A stretch of DNA of 64,000 nucleotides from the human T2T-CHM13v2.0 reference genome, Homo sapiens: the NCBI RefSeq assembly GCF_009914755.1, contig NC_060928.1; one strand, 5' to 3'. This document shows positions 60,201 through 64,000 of the stretch, in pieces. The notes under the pieces were generated by a model, which saw only the letters and a program-made list of their open reading frames with translations, ran no database searches and was not told where the DNA came from. Positions within the stretch are counted from its first letter, which is position 1. The number at the start of each line of letters is the position of its first letter. The position numbers and the translations under genes are program-made.

Positions 60201-63200
60201 ATATTTTATGTACAGTATATAATACATACTATTGGTACTTTGATATTTTATGTACATTATACAATATATAGTTTGAGTACTTTGATATTTTATGTCCAGT
60301 ATAAAATATATAGATTTCGTACTTTGATATTTTATGTACAGAATATAGTTTGAGTACTTTCATATTTTATGTACACTTTATTATAAAAGTTTGGGTACTT
60401 TCATATTTTACGTACAGTATATAATACATACTTTGGGCACTTTGATGTTTTATGTACAGTATATAATACATACTTTAGGTTCTTTTATATTTTATGTACA
60501 GCATATAATACAAAATTTGGGGACTTTTATATTTTATGTACATTATATAATACATACTTTGGGTACTTTTATATTTTATGTACGGTATATAATACATACT
60601 TTGGGTACTTTGATATATTATGTACAGTATATAATACATACTTTGGGCACTTTGATGTTTTATGTACAGTATATAATACATACTTTGGGTTCTTTGATAT
60701 GTTATGTACAGCATATAGTACATAATTTGGGGACTTTTATATTTTATGTACATTATATAATACATACTTTGGGTACTTTTATATTTTATGTACAGTATAT
60801 AATACATACTTTGGGTACTTTGATATATTATGTACAGTATATAATACATACTTAGGGTACTTTGACATTTTATGTACAGTACATAATACATACTTTGGGT
60901 ACTTTGATATTTTATGTACAGTATATAATACATACTTTGGGTACTTTGATATTTTATGTACAGTATATAATACATGTTTTGGGTACTTTTATATTTTATG
61001 TACAGTATATAATATATAGTTTGGGTACTTTGATATTTTATGTACGGTATATAATACATACTTTGGGTACTTTGATATTTTATGTACAGTATATAATACA
61101 TACTTTGGGTACTTTGATAATTTATGTACAGTATATAATACATACTTTGGGTACTTTGATATTTAATGTACAGTATATAATACACACTTTGCGTACTTTG
61201 ATATTTTATGTAAAGTATGTAATTCATACTTTGGGTACTTTGATATTTTATGTACAGTATGTAATACACGCTTTGGGTACTTTGATATTTTATGTAGAGT
61301 ATGTAAAACATACTTTGGGTAGTTTGGTATTTTATGATCAGTATATAATACATATTTTGGGTACTTTGATATTTTATGTACAGTATATAATACATACTTT
61401 GGGTACTTTGATATTTTATGTACAGTATATAATGCATAATTTGGGTACTTCAATAGTTTATGCACAGTATATAATACATACTTTGGGTAATTTGATATTT
61501 TATGTACAGTATATAATGCATACTTTGGGTACTTTGATAGTTTATGTACAGTATACAATACATACTTTGGGTACTTTGATATTTTATGTACAGTATATAA
61601 TATGTAGTTTGGGTACTTTGATATTTTAACTACAGTATATAATACATACTTTGGGTACTTTGATATTTTATCTACAGTATATAATAGATACTTTGGGTAC
61701 TTTGATATATTATGTACAGTATATAATACATAGTTTGGTTACTTTGATATTTTTTGTACAGTATGTAAAACATACTTTGGGGAGTTTGATATTTTATGAA
61801 CAGTATATAATACACATTTTGGGTACTTTGATATTTTATGTACGGTATATAATACATACTTTGGGTACTTTGATATTTTATGTACAGTATATAATTCATA
61901 CTTTGGGTACTTTGATATTTTATGTACAGTATATAATACATACATTGGGTACTTCGATATTTTATGTGCAGTACCCTATATATAGTTTGGGTACTTTGAT
62001 ATTTTATGTCCAGTATAAAATAAATAGTTTTGGTACTTTGATATTTTATGTACAGTATATAGTTTGAGTACTTTGATATTTAATGTTCAGTTTATTATAA
62101 ATGTTTGGGTGCTTTCATATTTTATATACAGTATATAATACATACTTTGGGCACTTTGATATTTTCTGTACAGTATATAATACATACTTTGGGTACTTTG
62201 ATATTTTATGTATGGTATATAATACATACATTGGGTACTTTGATATTTTATGTACAGTATATAATATATAGTTTGGTTACTTTGATATTTTATATACAGT
62301 ATATAATATATATTATGTGTACTTTGATATATTATGTACAGTATATAATATATAGTATGGGTTGTTTGATATTTTATGTACAGTATATAATATATAGTTT
62401 GGGTAGTTTGATATTTTTAGTACAGTATGTAATATATAGTTTGTTTTATTTGATATTTTATGTACAGTATACAATATATAGTATTGGTACTTTGATATTT
62501 CATGTAAAGTATATAGTTTGAGTACTTTGATATTTTATATGCAGTTTATTATAAATGTTTGGGTACCTTCATATTTTATGTACAGTATATAATACATACT
62601 TTGGGAACTTTTATTTTATGTGCAGTATATAATACATACTTTGGGTACTTTGATATTTCATGTACAGTATATAATACACACTTTGGGTACTTTGATATTT
62701 TATGTACAGTATATAATACATACTTTGGGTACTTTGATGTATTATGTACAGTATATAATACATACTTTGGGTACTTTGATATTTTATGTACAGTATATAA
62801 TACATACTTTGGGTACTTTGATATTTTATGTACAGTATGTAATACACACTTTGGGTACTTTGATATTTTATGTACAGTATGTAAAACATACTTTGGGTAG
62901 TTTGATATATTATGTACAGTATATAATACATACTTTGGGTACTCTGATATTTTATGTACAGTGTATAATACATACTTTGGGTACTTTGATATTTTATGTA
63001 CAGTATATAATACATACATTGGGTACTTTGATATATTATGTACAGTATATAATACTTACTTGGGGTATCTTGATATTTTATGTACAGTATATAATGCATA
63101 CTTTGGGTACTTTGATATTTTATGTACAGTATATAATGCATACTTTGAGTACTTTGATATTTTATGTACAGTATGTAATACATACTTTGGGTACTTTGAT

Positions 63201-64000
63201 ATTTTATGTATAGTATATAATACATACTTTGTGTAGTTTGATATTTTATGTACAGTATACAATATATAGTTTGAGTACTTTGATATTTTATGTCCAGTAT
63301 AAAATATATAGTTTTCCTAATTGATATTTTATGTACAGAATATAGTTTGAGTACTTTGATATTTTATGTACACTTTATTATAAATGTTTGGGTACTTTCA
63401 TATTTTATGTACAGTATATAATACATACTTTGGTCTCTTTGATGTTTTATGTACAGTATATAATACATACTTTGGGTTCTTTGATATTTTATGTGCAGAA
63501 TATAATGCATAGTTTTAGGTACTTTTATATTTTATGTACAGTATATAATACATACTTTGGGTACTTTGATATTTTATGTACAGTATATAATACATACTTT
63601 GGGTACTTTGATATTTTATGTACAGTATATAATACATATTATTGGTACTTTGATATTTTATGTACAGTATACAATATATAGTTTGAGTACTTTGATATTT
63701 TATGTCCAGTATAAAATACATAGATTTCATACTTTGATATTTTATGTACAGAATATAGTTTGAGTACTTTGATATTTTATGTACACTTTATCATAAAAGT
63801 TTGGGTACTTTCATATTTTACGTACAGTATTTAATACATACTTTGGGCACTTTGATGTTTTATGTACAGTATATAATACATACTTTGGGTTCTTTGATAT
63901 GTTATGTACAGCATATAGTACATAATTTGGGGACTTTTATATTTTATGTACATTATATAATACATACTTTGGGTACTTTTATATTTTATGTACGGTATAT

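Larger units (their letters stand above)
1..64000. repeat. HSat1A (classical human satellite I / SAR) 42-bp tandem satellite array, open at both window ends
   Basis: Continuous tandem copies of ACTTTGATATTTTATGTACAGTATATAATACATACTTTGGGT (19 T, 13 A, 6 G, 4 C). The reverse strand reads ACATAAAATATCAAAGT (17 bp) + ACCCAAAGTATGTATTATATACTGT (25 bp), the A/B RsaI subunit structure of classical satellite I. T-rich strand is + throughout; no foreign sequence seen. Confidence 0.96.
20784..64000. repeat. Non-periodic mosaic HSat1A domain built from reshuffled blocks
   Basis: Same monomer and block variants but with irregular spacing. The marker TTTTAACTACAG falls at about 22948, 31532, 36934, 41848, 45764, 55815 and 61629. 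Confidence 0.85.

Noticed and set aside
3-63763. Hundreds of ORFs up to 437 aa with 14-aa periodic hydrophobic translation, resembling membrane or repeat proteins
   Set aside because: They are translations of the 42-bp satellite. They overlap on both strands, many start at TTG/GTG, none has a unique domain, and their ends coincide with satellite indels or point variants.
1-64000. CRISPR-like array (constant part ACTTTGATATTTTATGTACAG alternating with a more variable part)
   Set aside because: The variable parts are point variants of one 25-bp consensus, not unique spacers. There is no leader or cas gene.
1-64000. Antigenic-variation or diversity-generating cassette library
   Set aside because: There is no expression locus, recombinase or reverse transcriptase. 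The variation pattern is that of ordinary satellite turnover.
1-64000. TATA-like (TATATAA, TATAAAA) and occasional AATAAA motifs
   Set aside because: They are expected in every monomer or by chance at 76% A/T. There is no context supporting promoter or polyadenylation function.
1-64000. Alpha satellite, HSat2/3, HSat1B, embedded Alu/L1 or an inversion breakpoint
   Set aside because: I saw no 171-bp monomers or CENP-B boxes, no CATTC pentamers, no GC-rich Alu fragments or poly(A) tails, and no strand switch while reading through.

Overview
The whole 64 kb window is one uninterrupted, single-orientation array of a 42-bp AT-rich satellite. The + strand consensus is ACTTTGATATTTTATGT-ACAGTATATAATACATACTTTGGGT (32 of 42 bases A/T, no CpG, two GTAC/RsaI sites giving 17+25 bp subunits). 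This matches human/hominid classical satellite I (HSat1A, RepBase SAR), known from the chr3 and chr4 centromeric regions and the acrocentric short arms; I cannot assign the chromosome. I found no real gene, RNA gene, transposon, CRISPR array or novel gene system. All ORFs in the track are artefacts of a repeat length divisible by three. The non-trivial content is the layered organisation of the satellite. (1) Monomers form variable-length blocks closed by a recurring 35+41 bp shortened-monomer junction. (2) About 3.45 near-identical copies of a 6009-bp higher-order repeat (145 monomers, 9 blocks by my count) occupy about 42-20783. (3) From about 20.8 kb to the end, the same block types are reshuffled into a non-periodic mosaic with dispersed and local duplications and several readable recombination breakpoints. 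Coordinates and offsets were derived by eye and from the ORF track, not by alignment software.
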